Assembly (NCBI GenBank): GCA_965228735.1
Contig: OZ245838.1
Location: 2,976,001-3,040,000, forward strand
Source of the DNA: Planctomycetota bacterium
GTDB taxonomy: Bacteria; Planctomycetota; UBA1135; UBA2386
Length of the DNA stretch: 64,000 nucleotides
Direction of reading: 5' to 3'
Shown: positions 39,210 to 48,886 of the stretch, piece by piece
Numbering within the stretch: the first letter of the stretch is position 1
How the letters are laid out: every line of letters begins with the position of its first letter
Notes under the pieces: generated by a model
Databases searched by the model: none
What the model was told of the DNA's origin: nothing
What the model saw: the letters and a program-made list of their open reading frames with translations, nothing else
Made by a program: the position numbers and the translations under genes

Positions 39210-40931
39210 ATGCGGATACCCCTATCTCTCGCCGGCCTTCTCCTGGCCAGCTCTCCCGCGCTCGCGCAGACGCTCGTCCTGCTCGGGGCGCAATCGCCCG
39301 GCGCCGAGCCCAACCACGACGACCCGTACGTGCTCGTCCAATCGCGACCGTGGTCGTCGCCATCGTTTCCGGCAGGGCTCGTCGGCGATCTGCGAACGGT
39401 CAGGTTCACGGGCCACGTCGTGCCCGACGTCATCACGATCATGAACCAGCGCGTCGTGCTGTGCGACGCCCCGGGCATTCACGACACGTGCGGCTGGCTG
39501 ACGCCCACCGGGCAGGACCCGGTCTACGCGGTGGCCGCGCTGCCCGGCCACGGCGTCGCCGGCGGTGATCACCCGACACTCGACGCCATCCTGACCGCGA
39601 CGAGCAATGGCCTCGTCCGCCTTCGGATGGGAAGCGCCGCCGTGGTCTCCGCACCAGTCGCCGACGCGACCTGGAACGACGTGCGCATGCTCGCCACCCA
39701 CCCGGATGACGCCACCGTCGTGTACGGCGTGACTTCGTCGGGCGCGGGCCGGATCGGGACGTACGACTCGATCACCGACGACTTCGTGTCGACCTCGCCC
39801 GCCGCTTTCGATCACTCGACGAGCACGGTCATCGACATCGAGTGCGTGAACTGGGACAACGACAGCAACGGCGAGAGCGAGGTCGCGGTCCTCACGGTCG
39901 ACGGTCTCTTCGTGCACGATCGCCTCGGGGCCGTCGTCGCGTCGTTCCCGTTCGTGACGACGATGGCCGCCGACATCGCCCGATTGCACTCGGGCGCCAA
40001 CGCGGTGGACGATCCCGGCACGCCGTCGATCACCGAAGTTCCCGAGAGCATCGCCTGCCTGCGGCCGGCCGCCGGTGGCGGCAGCGAGCTCGCGCTCTTC
40101 AGCTCGTTCGAGACCCAGAGCGTGCCGCTGAACGGCGAAAGCTACGTCGGCGTCGTCGCCGGTGACTGGAGCGGTGACGGCAACGAGGAGCTCGTGCTCT
40201 CGACGTCCCAGAACATCTACGTCTCGGTGTTGACGAACCATGCCGCCGGCAGCGGCGCGACCGACTTCTTCTACGGCGCTGCGACCGCGTTCCACGTCGC
40301 CGTTGCAGCAACGGCCAACCGGGCACACAACGGCTCCGCCGGCGTCATGGCCGACTTCGACGCCGATGGCGACCAGGACCTGTTCGCGGCGCTCGCGATC
40401 GAGAATCCGGGCGGCGAGAGCAGCGCGCCAGCGTACTCGCTCGTCGACAGCAAGCTGATCCACGTCGAGCCCAACGCCACACCGCTGTATCCGGTCGACA
40501 TCGCCTACACCGAGGACATTCACCAGATCCACGGCCAGCTGCACTTCGAGTTCGACGCGCCGGGCGGATCGAGCACGCATACGGAGATCGTGCTGTGGCC
40601 GGTGGTCGACGGCCAGATCGACATCACCCATTCGCAGCGGCGTTCCGCGCGCGTGCCCAACGGCCCCCCGGGAACGCGAATGCGGCAGACGATCGACATC
40701 GACCGCAGCTTCCTCGTGATTCACGAAGCGCAGTACGCCTGTATGGTGCGACCGATCAGCATGGCCAACGACAAGGTGACCGACGTCACGATGGCCACGC
40801 TGTTCGTGACCGGTTTCGGCTACCCGAAGGACGGCAACGGCAACCTGACGCCGCCGCCGAGCCCGCCGCCGCCGAGCGAACCCCTGCCGCCAGGCGACGA
40901 TCCCGAAGACCCGCCGTCGAACGGCGGTTAA
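39210..40931 (+). CDS. Secreted FG-GAP/VCBS-like repeat protein with Pro/acidic C-terminal tail
   Basis: Signal peptide; GDWSGDGNEELV, ADFDADGDQDL, NWDNDSNGESEV motifs; tail PPPSPPPPSEPLPPGDDPEDPP. Confidence 0.72.
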   Translation: MRIPLSLAGLLLASSPALAQTLVLLGAQSPGAEPNHDDPYVLVQSRPWSSPSFPAGLVGDLRTVRFTGHVVPDVITIMNQRVVLCDAPGIHDTCGWLTPTGQDPVYAVAALPGHGVAGGDHPTLDAILTATSNGLVRLRMGSAAVVSAPVADATWNDVRMLATHPDDATVVYGVTSSGAGRIGTYDSITDDFVSTSPAAFDHSTSTVIDIECVNWDNDSNGESEVAVLTVDGLFVHDRLGAVVASFPFVTTMAADIARLHSGANAVDDPGTPSITEVPESIACLRPAAGGGSELALFSSFETQSVPLNGESYVGVVAGDWSGDGNEELVLSTSQNIYVSVLTNHAAGSGATDFFYGAATAFHVAVAATANRAHNGSAGVMADFDADGDQDLFAALAIENPGGESSAPAYSLVDSKLIHVEPNATPLYPVDIAYTEDIHQIHGQLHFEFDAPGGSSTHTEIVLWPVVDGQIDITHSQRRSARVPNGPPGTRMRQTIDIDRSFLVIHEAQYACMVRPISMANDKVTDVTMATLFVTGFGYPKDGNGNLTPPPSPPPPSEPLPPGDDPEDPPSNGG

Positions 40932-41042
40932 CCCACCTCGCTCTCGCTTCGCAGGCGGTCGCCCGATGCCGGCCGCCGCAGCACCTCACGGACGATCGCG
41001 TCGCCCTGGCGCGTGAGCCGGAGGAGCGAAACGGGCCGGCGC

Positions 41043-43346
41043 TCAGCGCGGCGCGGCAACGTCCAGTCCCGTGACGCGCATCCCGGCGAAGTAATAGGGC
41101 TCCGCCCGGCCGGGCGCGCGGGCAACGGCACGCCGGGCCTCGAACATCGCCGCGCTGAACGTCTGCCCTTCGCTCCACCGCTGCAGTGCGCCAGCGAGCA
41201 GGTCGCGCGTCGCGCCGACCGACAGATCACCATGCGCGAGCGCCACACAGTCGGCGCCGGCGAGCAGGAACGCGCCGCCCAGATGGTTCACCCCACCGTC
41301 ACCGAGCCGGGACGGGCCCGCTGCTGCGCCGCAGACGCCGAGCATGACGAGCGGTGGCGCTGCAAGACTCTCGACACCATCGGGGAAGACGGGCTCCGCG
41401 CCAGCGAGCAGCACGCCGGCCGGTCGCTCGCGACGATAGTCGTAGACCCCGTGCGAGAACACGCAGAGGGCGCGCGCCGCAGCCGTCTCGCGATCGCGCA
41501 GAGCCGCCGGCGTCGCCCGCGCGCCCCAGAGCGCGCGCACACGATCCGCAGCGAACGGTGCCGTGAACCGCGACCGCCGCGCCGCCGACATGCCGATCGG
41601 TTCGACACCCCAGCGCGCAGCGGTCTCGACGTCGAACTCGGGATCCCCCACGACCGTCAGGTCCTTGCCATGGGCCGGCGCGCCCTTGGCGGCGCGGGCT
41701 TCACGGCGGAGCCGGAGCGCCTGCCCGACGGCGACCGACGGCAGGAAGCGCATCGGTGTCTGCAGGCACCACCAGCCGTCGCTCCACGGCAGCAGCTGGA
41801 ACGTGCGGCTCGACAGCTCCGGGCCGACGAGCACGACCTCGCGCCAGCCCGCGACCCGCTCGCGCACCGCCGGCGGCAGCAGATAACCCGCCACCCGCGT
41901 CGCGATCTCACGCACCGGCACCCCCGACGGGCGGCGGTCGAGACTGTCGCGCAGCGCGTAGGCATCGGGCCAGAACGCCCGCCCGAGCGGCAGCGTGTGA
42001 TGCTCCCCGCCGTTCTCGTCGATCAGGAGCAGCGACGCGGACCACGGGCTGAACACGAACATCAGCAGGCCGCCGCCGCTGGGGACCAGGCTGCGCGCGA
42101 CGTCCAGGCCGACCGGCGCGCCATCCGCGACGAGCCGGCGGGACAGGGTGCCGAGCGCGAACGCCGCCTCCATGTGGCCGAACGCGGCCGCGATCCCGCC
42201 ATCCCCTCCGGCCGTCGCCCGATCGAGCTCGAGCAACGTGCCGAGCAACACCCGCTGGTTGCCGTACTGCAACGCCCCTCCGCCGCCATGGCGCACCGGC
42301 CGCCGCCGCCAGGACTCGAGCCAGTCCCGGGTCGCCCGTTCGAGGTCACGATGCAGGGCGCGCAACTCGGCGCGCGGCCGTGCCGCGGCGAGCGCGGTAC
42401 GCGCGCGCAGGGCCAGGATCTCGGCGTCGGTCCTGGTCGGCTCCGTCGATTCGCCGAACAACTCGTCGAGCATCCGCTCCGCGCGCTCCGGATCGCCGAG
42501 CTCGAGACAGATCTCGACCGCGATGATGCCGGCGCGCAAGGCACTGCCACCGAGCAAGCGGACGCGCAACTTCAACAGGTCGTCTAGCACACTCGAGAGC
42601 GCCACGGCGTCGGCCGCGAGCTGATAGCGCGCGAGCAGCAAGCGATACTCGAGATCGGTGCGCTGCGACTCGTTCAGCCCGGCGAACGCAGAATCGGCGA
42701 GCGCGCCCCGAGCTCGCTTCTGCACGCGATCCGTTCGCCCGAGCGCGAGCTGGACATCGAGCTCGAGCACGAGCACGTAGTAGCGCCACCCCAGATCGTC
42801 CTTCACGAGCTCGGCGAGGGCTTCGAGGTCCCCGAACGCGCGGTCCGGCAGCCCGAGATCGAGATGGCAGCGAATCCGTTCGGTTCGCAGCTGCTGCCAC
42901 ATGTAGCGCGTCAGCGCGCCCCTCGAGCCCGCCTGCACCAGGCCCTCGTCCGCGGCCGCGAGCAGCTCGAGCCCTTCCCATGGTCGTTCTTCGAGCCGAA
43001 CGACGCTCGCCTGGTAGACCCGGGCGAGCGGGTGATACTGCTCGACCGGACTCGCGAGCACCGCCCGACAGCTCGCGCGCGCGACGTCGTAGGGCGCCTT
43101 TCGCAGGTCGGCGTCGATCTTGCCGATATGCGCCCGCACGGCGGCCACGGCCTCGGCCGACGGCTGCTGCGCTTCGGGCCCGACCGATGGTTGCTCGGTC
43201 TCGGCGCTCGCCGATGGCTTCGGCGCGGCCTCGACCGGCTCACCCCGATCGAACGCGCCGAGGATCGCAGCGCCCCAGATGCCCGCGCCGAGGACGACGG
43301 CGGCGGCGAACAGAACGCCGGCTCGGCCCGAAACGGACCGCCTCAG
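41043..43346 (-). CDS. Membrane-anchored helical-repeat + CHAT (caspase/HetF-like) protease
   Basis: N-terminal TM; VVLVGP.L..FQLLP, VVGDP, CVFSHG (His), VMLGVC (Cys), LGGAFLLAGA, ARRAV; start may be CTG 43346 (CTGA overlap) or ATG 43451. Confidence 0.82.
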   Translation of the reverse strand: MRRSVSGRAGVLFAAAVVLGAGIWGAAILGAFDRGEPVEAAPKPSASAETEQPSVGPEAQQPSAEAVAAVRAHIGKIDADLRKAPYDVARASCRAVLASPVEQYHPLARVYQASVVRLEERPWEGLELLAAADEGLVQAGSRGALTRYMWQQLRTERIRCHLDLGLPDRAFGDLEALAELVKDDLGWRYYVLVLELDVQLALGRTDRVQKRARGALADSAFAGLNESQRTDLEYRLLLARYQLAADAVALSSVLDDLLKLRVRLLGGSALRAGIIAVEICLELGDPERAERMLDELFGESTEPTRTDAEILALRARTALAAARPRAELRALHRDLERATRDWLESWRRRPVRHGGGGALQYGNQRVLLGTLLELDRATAGGDGGIAAAFGHMEAAFALGTLSRRLVADGAPVGLDVARSLVPSGGGLLMFVFSPWSASLLLIDENGGEHHTLPLGRAFWPDAYALRDSLDRRPSGVPVREIATRVAGYLLPPAVRERVAGWREVVLVGPELSSRTFQLLPWSDGWWCLQTPMRFLPSVAVGQALRLRREARAAKGAPAHGKDLTVVGDPEFDVETAARWGVEPIGMSAARRSRFTAPFAADRVRALWGARATPAALRDRETAAARALCVFSHGVYDYRRERPAGVLLAGAEPVFPDGVESLAAPPLVMLGVCGAAAGPSRLGDGGVNHLGGAFLLAGADCVALAHGDLSVGATRDLLAGALQRWSEGQTFSAAMFEARRAVARAPGRAEPYYFAGMRVTGLDVAAPR

Positions 43347-44128
43347 AAGAGCGGGTGACTCGCGACGAAGGTCTCGTTCCGGACGAACGCCGTCACCTGC
43401 CAGATCGCCGTCTGCGGCAGGCCGTCCAGTACGGCTTGGGTCAGTCGCCATTCGGTTGCTTGGATCGCGGACTTCTCGAACCGCGGGGTCGCGGTCGTGT
43501 CCGCGCTGGCGAACACGGCGAGAGTGTAGTCCGTCCCGGGTGGAATGCCGCCCCCGGGCAACTCGAGCGTCCACGAGAGGAGCAGCTCGGCACCATCCGC
43601 CTGGACCCGCAGCACGAGTTCTTCGTCACCGAGGGTCTGGTTATCGTCGTTCGTCGGTTGCGCGGGCCCGGAGAAGACGCCGACCGCCCACAGCAGCAGG
43701 ACAGCGGCGGCCGCCGCGCCCGCGAACATGCCGATGCGCGCCGGGCCGCGCCGCAGCGTCGCGGCCGTCGGTTCCTGGGTCCCGGATCCGCGCACCTCGG
43801 GTTCATCCGCACCGCCCGGCAGCGGCCGAACGGCACCGGTGTCGCCGCCACCGAGGGCGAGCTGCCGCAGGGTCCTCGCAACCGTCGACTCCTCGGCCGA
43901 GCTCGTCGCCATGGCCTCGGCCTCGGCGAGCAGTTCGCGCTCGCGTTCGGCATCGGTCGCCAGCTGACCCTGCACGTCCTGCAATTCGGTGAGCGCCGCC
44001 GCGAACGCGGGGTTCTGCGCGGCCGCGGCCGCAACGTCGGGATCGTCACCCGCACGCTCGCCGGTCACGACGGCCGCGAGCAGCTGCTCCTCGCGATCGG
44101 ACAGTGGTGTTCGTGGTGTTCCGGTCAT
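43343..44128 (-). CDS. Putative single-TM anti-sigma factor
   Basis: ATGA-coupled downstream of ECF sigma; helical N-terminus, TM IGMFAGAAAAAVLLLWAVGVF, extracytoplasmic beta domain. Confidence 0.65.
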   Translation of the reverse strand: MTGTPRTPLSDREEQLLAAVVTGERAGDDPDVAAAAAQNPAFAAALTELQDVQGQLATDAERERELLAEAEAMATSSAEESTVARTLRQLALGGGDTGAVRPLPGGADEPEVRGSGTQEPTAATLRRGPARIGMFAGAAAAAVLLLWAVGVFSGPAQPTNDDNQTLGDEELVLRVQADGAELLLSWTLELPGGGIPPGTDYTLAVFASADTTATPRFEKSAIQATEWRLTQAVLDGLPQTAIWQVTAFVRNETFVASHPLF

Positions 44129-44724
44129 TCTCCGTCCTCCTCCCTGGACCGGTAGAAACGGCGCAACGAGTCGAGTCCGCGGTAGTACCGCGATTTGACA
44201 GTGTTCGGAGACAGCAGAAGTTGCGCAGCAATCTCGAGAAAAGTGAGGCCCTGGTAGTGCTTCTTCCGGATGACCTGCGCTTCCCCCGGTGGCAACGCGT
44301 CGATCCCCTGTTGCAGCCGCTCGGAGTCGGCGTCGAACTCCGGCGCGGGCGCGGCCAGCTCGGCGACGTCGTCGAGGGAGACGCCGGTCCGCGACCCGGA
44401 GCCGACGCGGCGCAACGCGTTGCGCATCTGGAAGTCGCAGATGCGGAACACCCACGTCTCGAGCGCGGCATCACCGCGATAGTCCGCGAGCCGGCGCCAG
44501 ACGACGGCGAGCACATCCTGCACGATGTCGTCGAGGATCTCGGGCGCGAGGCTCTGACGACGACGGGCCGCGAGGCACTTCACGAACCGTGGGACGCAGT
44601 GCATCCGCTCGATGAACTGGTCGAGCGCGTCGGGCTGGCGGGCCAGAACATCGGCCACGAGCGCGAGATCCGCCGTGGCCGGTGACCGCTCGCCGTCGCC
44701 CGCCTCAGCTCCGGACGCACCCAT
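44125..44724 (-). CDS. ECF-family RNA polymerase sigma factor
   Basis: DDIVQDVLAVVWRRLADYRG..ETWVFRI (sigma2); LTFLEIAAQL..NTVKSRYYRGL (sigma4). Confidence 0.92.
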   Translation of the reverse strand: MGASGAEAGDGERSPATADLALVADVLARQPDALDQFIERMHCVPRFVKCLAARRRQSLAPEILDDIVQDVLAVVWRRLADYRGDAALETWVFRICDFQMRNALRRVGSGSRTGVSLDDVAELAAPAPEFDADSERLQQGIDALPPGEAQVIRKKHYQGLTFLEIAAQLLLSPNTVKSRYYRGLDSLRRFYRSREEDGE

Positions 44725-44835
44725 GCAGCGACCCGCATTCGGGAAAAAGTGGGCGATCGGGCGAGCGGCGCCGGGCGGCAAACATGGCCACCCAGCATAG
44801 CGCCGCGGTGGCCATGAGGGCCACCGGGTCCCGGA

Positions 44836-46026
44836 CTACTGCTTCATGAACCGCTCGAGGTCGGCCACGTAGTGGTCGTCCTCATGGAGTGCTATGGCCT
44901 TCTTCGCCGCCTTCACCGCCTTCTCGGTCTGGCCGTTGAGGTGCTGGCACCAGGCGACCGTGTTCCAACAATAGGCCTCGTACTTCGCGAGCTTCTCGGC
45001 GTCGTCGCCGCCTTCCGCTTTCTGGTCCGCGACCTTCTTCTGCATCTTCGTGAGCGCGCTCTCGGCGAGCTGCAGCGCGAACTTCTTCTCCTTGCTCGTG
45101 CGCTCGTCGCCGTTCTCGACGATCCAGCGCGCGACGCCATTCGACCAGTCGACGACCTTGTCGTCCGGGCAGGTCTTCCACGCCGAGTGGAACGCGGCGA
45201 ACGCGGCCTGGTCGTCCTCGCGCTTCAGCTCCATGTTGCCGATCTGCACCCAGGCCTCGTGCCTGGCCTCGGCCGGCTTGACGAGTCGAACGTGCGCGTA
45301 GAGCGGCTCGAGGTCCCACTTGCGGATGCGTTCGGCGCGCTGCGCGTCCGTCTCCTGCATCCCGTCGCCATCCTGGCCGTCGCCGTCGCCGTCGCCGCCG
45401 CCGACGATCTCCCGAATGACGTCCTGCATGCGAACGCGCGCGCCGACGACCGTCTTGCCCTTGCTGTCGATCGTCCGGATCGACTCCATGAGTTCGTCGT
45501 GGCGATCGTCGTTGCCGAGCGCCTGGACCTTGCCCGCGAGGGCCCAGCGCGCCTCGATGTCCTCGGTGCTGCCGTCCTCGTGCTGCTCGATCTGCCGCCG
45601 CAGACCGCGCACGGTGCCCTCGCCCCTCCGGATGCGCCGGAGTTCCGCGTCGAAGTCGGCCACGGGGATGAACCCCTGGATCAGATCGTCGGCCTGACCG
45701 TCGGGCGTCAGGAACAGGATCGTCGGCAGCGTCCGAACGCCGTACTTCTCGAACACGTCCTGCACGCCGTCACCGCCGTGCTTGGCGCTGTAGCACACGA
45801 ACTCGCGCATCGCGCCGGCGGCCTCGTCCGTGCTCAGCGTCTCCTGCCAGAGCTTGCCGCAGTAGTCGCTGCCGTCGGCCCAGCAGTAGACCAGGATCGG
45901 GCGGTCGGACGCCGCCGCGCGCTCGGTCGCATCAGCGAGCGAGTAGACCCAGTCGACGGGCCGGGGCGGCGTCAGCGGCAACGCGGCGGCGAGCAGGAGA
46001 ACGGAGACGAACGGAGTCGGGGTCAT
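44836..46026 (-). CDS. Secreted thioredoxin-like (SxxC) + helical/TPR protein, paralog 1
   Basis: Signal peptide; W..SL..A..RA....RPILVYCWADGSDYC; YGVRTLPTILFL cis-Pro loop; C-terminal TPR-like helices. Confidence 0.78.
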   Translation of the reverse strand: MTPTPFVSVLLLAAALPLTPPRPVDWVYSLADATERAAASDRPILVYCWADGSDYCGKLWQETLSTDEAAGAMREFVCYSAKHGGDGVQDVFEKYGVRTLPTILFLTPDGQADDLIQGFIPVADFDAELRRIRRGEGTVRGLRRQIEQHEDGSTEDIEARWALAGKVQALGNDDRHDELMESIRTIDSKGKTVVGARVRMQDVIREIVGGGDGDGDGQDGDGMQETDAQRAERIRKWDLEPLYAHVRLVKPAEARHEAWVQIGNMELKREDDQAAFAAFHSAWKTCPDDKVVDWSNGVARWIVENGDERTSKEKKFALQLAESALTKMQKKVADQKAEGGDDAEKLAKYEAYCWNTVAWCQHLNGQTEKAVKAAKKAIALHEDDHYVADLERFMKQ

Positions 46027-46155
46027 CGCTTGGACTTTCTCGGTTGGGAGTGGTGAGGTCGCGCGGCGTCGCGCGATACGTCCTCCGAGTTGCCGCGCGA
46101 TCCGCATCGGACTCACGCCGATCCACGGCCGGGAAACGAACCCGACCCGCCCGTG

Positions 46156-48684
46156 TCACAACGTGACCCGACCACCCCCGGCCGGCACCGCCGCGCGCCG
46201 CACGATCGCGCCGTCGCGATAGCCCACGACCTGGACGGCCGTCGCCGGCAGCCGGAACGCCTCCGTCCGACCACCGAGGATCGGCACCCGATCCGTGCGC
46301 TGATTCTCGTTCCCGCGCGGGATGTCCACGACGAGCGCCCGCCCCGCGGCGTCGATGACCGCGACGAGCTCGACCGCGCCCGGCTCGACCACTTCGACGA
46401 CGAGCGTGTGCTCGCGCACCAACTGCACCTCGAGACCGCCTGCGATCGCCGCCTCGAGTTCGATCGTGCGGCCGACGTAGCCCGCGCGGTGCAGGCGCAG
46501 ACGCAGATCGCCGACCGGCACGTCGTAGAGGAAGAACTCGCCGTCCGGCCCGGTCACCATCGCGCCGCGGCGGTAGGACTGCCGGAACACCGGGTGGCCG
46601 GCGGCGCTGACCTCGCAGATCGAGAGGTCGATCGTGACGCCGACGCGCGCGAGCGGCCGACCGAGCTCGTCGACGACGCGGCCCCGGAGGCGTTCGTGCA
46701 CCGCGCTGCCGAGCTGCAACGTGACGTGGTCCGCGCCGGCTGCGATGGTCTGCGGGTCGGAGCGCAGCAACGTCTTCTCCTGCCCGGCGCGCACGACATA
46801 GTCGCGGGCGTCGAGCCCCGTGATCTCGAATGCGCCGTCCGCGCCCGTGATGGCAGGCCGCAGCGGCACGCCCCGGTCGCCGAGCAGGTCCTCGACGAAC
46901 TCCGGATGGCGCGCGTTCGGCGACCGACCGTTCGCCGACCGGGAGCGCTCGCCGATGCGACCGAGCGCGGTCTGGAGGCACGTCCGCTCGGCGAACGAGA
47001 ACGGCGTGGGATCCGTGATCCACACGCAGGCATTCCGCACCGGTCGCCCGCGACCGTCGACGACCTGACCGCGGATCGCGCGCGGCCGGTCACCGAGCTG
47101 CAGAACGAGTTCGCCGCGCTCGCGATCGAGGGCCGCCGACCGCGCGATCGACGCGGGCAGCCGCTCGGGCGCGACCGCGATGACGCGGTCGCCGACCGCC
47201 GTCCTCGGCAACCAGAAGCTGCCGGCGTGATCGGTCCGCGTCACGGCGTCGCCGCACGCCACGCGCACGTCACGCGCAGCCGAACCGTCGTGGTCGAGCA
47301 CGGTGCCGACGATCGCGCCGCGCGGCGCTGGTTCCCTGGACAGAACGACCTCGCACGTGGCCGCGGCCGGCAGCGCGGACCGCTCGATGCCGAAGCCCTC
47401 GCGGCGCACGACGAGCTGCGCGCCGGCGATCGCCGGGATCGCAGCGAGATCGAACCGGCCGTCCGCGCCGGTCGTCACCGCGAACGACTCGGTGCGGGCC
47501 GCCGCCACGCGCGCGCCGAACCGCGCGCGGAGTTCGGCGGGCAGCTCGATCGCCACCTCGGCGAGCGCGAGCGGCCGGTGGTTCATATCGACGATGCGCC
47601 CCGCGAGTCGCCGCCGCGGCGCAACGACGACACAGAGATCCGACCGCACCGCCGCCGTGCCCGCGACGGCTGCCAGGACCGTGACGACGTTCTCCGACAA
47701 CGCCGTCACGAAACCGCTGCCCGACGCCGCGAGCTCGAACGCCCCATCGGTGCCCGTCAACGCGATCTTCGTGCCGCGACCACGATCGCGTTCGGGCTCG
47801 AACCGCAGGACGAGGCCGGGCGCCGGCGCACCGTCGACCGACAACGCCACGCCAGCGAGCGCCCGTTCGGGCATCTTGACCGCGCCCCAGTCGATGCCGG
47901 CGTCCGACTGCACCCCGGCCGGAGTGCGATCCGGCATCGCCGGCGCCGGATCCTCGCCCGCCGTGCCCGCGGCGGCGGTCCGGGTCGGCGGCGGCGGCAC
48001 CGGCGTCGGCTCGGCGCTCCGCCACACACCCGTCGACCACAGCGCCAGCGCCGATACGGCAACGGCAGTCACGGCAGCAGTGACGATCGCGACACCAGCC
48101 ACGCTGCTCGACGGCACCACGCGATCGCCCTCGAGCCCGGGCACCAACGTGACGAGCGGCAACAGCGCCTGCCGTCGTTCCGCCGCGCCGCCGTAGCGAT
48201 CGTCGAGCTGACCGCGGAGCTGCTCGAGCCCGCGCTGCAGCCGGGTCTTCACCGTCGCGATCGGCATGGCCAGGGTGCGCGCGATCACGGTCGGCGACTC
48301 GTCGAGAAAGTAGCGCCGCAGCAGCACGAGGCGGTAGTGCTCCGGCATCCCCATCACGGCGTTGACGACCGCGCGATGGGCGTCGACGCGCTCCACGAGC
48401 TCCGCGCTGCTCGGCTCCTCCTCGGGGCGGATGGCCGCGGCCTCACGGCAGGTGCGGCGCTCGTCGCGACGAACGCGCTCCCACAACACGTTCCGCAGGA
48501 CCCGCGACAGCCAGGCGCGCGGCGAACGGATCTCGACGGGATCCGCCTCGAGTGCCGCCAGCATCGTCTCCTGCGCCAGATCGTCGGCGTCATCGGGATC
48601 GCGCACGAGCTGCGCCGCGAGCGCCCGCACCCAGTTCGTGTGTTCGAGCAGGGTGTCGAGCGCGAGTTCGGGAGAACGGGCCAT
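46156..48684 (-). CDS. Second ECF sigma factor-TM-carboxypeptidase-regulatory-like fusion
   Basis: WVRALAAQLVRD..ADDLAQET..AWLSRVLRN; MPEHYRLVLLRRYF..TVKTRLQRGL; TM; G.V.D..G.P repeats. Confidence 0.88.
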   Translation of the reverse strand: MARSPELALDTLLEHTNWVRALAAQLVRDPDDADDLAQETMLAALEADPVEIRSPRAWLSRVLRNVLWERVRRDERRTCREAAAIRPEEEPSSAELVERVDAHRAVVNAVMGMPEHYRLVLLRRYFLDESPTVIARTLAMPIATVKTRLQRGLEQLRGQLDDRYGGAAERRQALLPLVTLVPGLEGDRVVPSSSVAGVAIVTAAVTAVAVSALALWSTGVWRSAEPTPVPPPPTRTAAAGTAGEDPAPAMPDRTPAGVQSDAGIDWGAVKMPERALAGVALSVDGAPAPGLVLRFEPERDRGRGTKIALTGTDGAFELAASGSGFVTALSENVVTVLAAVAGTAAVRSDLCVVVAPRRRLAGRIVDMNHRPLALAEVAIELPAELRARFGARVAAARTESFAVTTGADGRFDLAAIPAIAGAQLVVRREGFGIERSALPAAATCEVVLSREPAPRGAIVGTVLDHDGSAARDVRVACGDAVTRTDHAGSFWLPRTAVGDRVIAVAPERLPASIARSAALDRERGELVLQLGDRPRAIRGQVVDGRGRPVRNACVWITDPTPFSFAERTCLQTALGRIGERSRSANGRSPNARHPEFVEDLLGDRGVPLRPAITGADGAFEITGLDARDYVVRAGQEKTLLRSDPQTIAAGADHVTLQLGSAVHERLRGRVVDELGRPLARVGVTIDLSICEVSAAGHPVFRQSYRRGAMVTGPDGEFFLYDVPVGDLRLRLHRAGYVGRTIELEAAIAGGLEVQLVREHTLVVEVVEPGAVELVAVIDAAGRALVVDIPRGNENQRTDRVPILGGRTEAFRLPATAVQVVGYRDGAIVRRAAVPAGGGRVTL

Positions 48685-48886
48685 GGGTATCCGGCGGGTC
48701 GCCGCCGCCGCGCCACGGGACTCGCGAACCGGTATTCTTGCAGAACTCGTGAGTCCGTCGCCGCTCCGGCGACGACTCTCCTGGGTGGCGGTTCCCGTCC
48801 CACCCGCCACGAGACCCCTCCGACCACGCTCCGCCAGGTCCTCCCGCATGCCCAACCACGGCCCACGATCTCTCGTATCTTGCTGC

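Noticed and set aside
44783..44816. 10-bp inverted repeat CATGGCCACC/GGTGGCCATG upstream of the ECF sigma
   Set aside because: No U-tract and a single occurrence; cannot distinguish terminator, operator or chance
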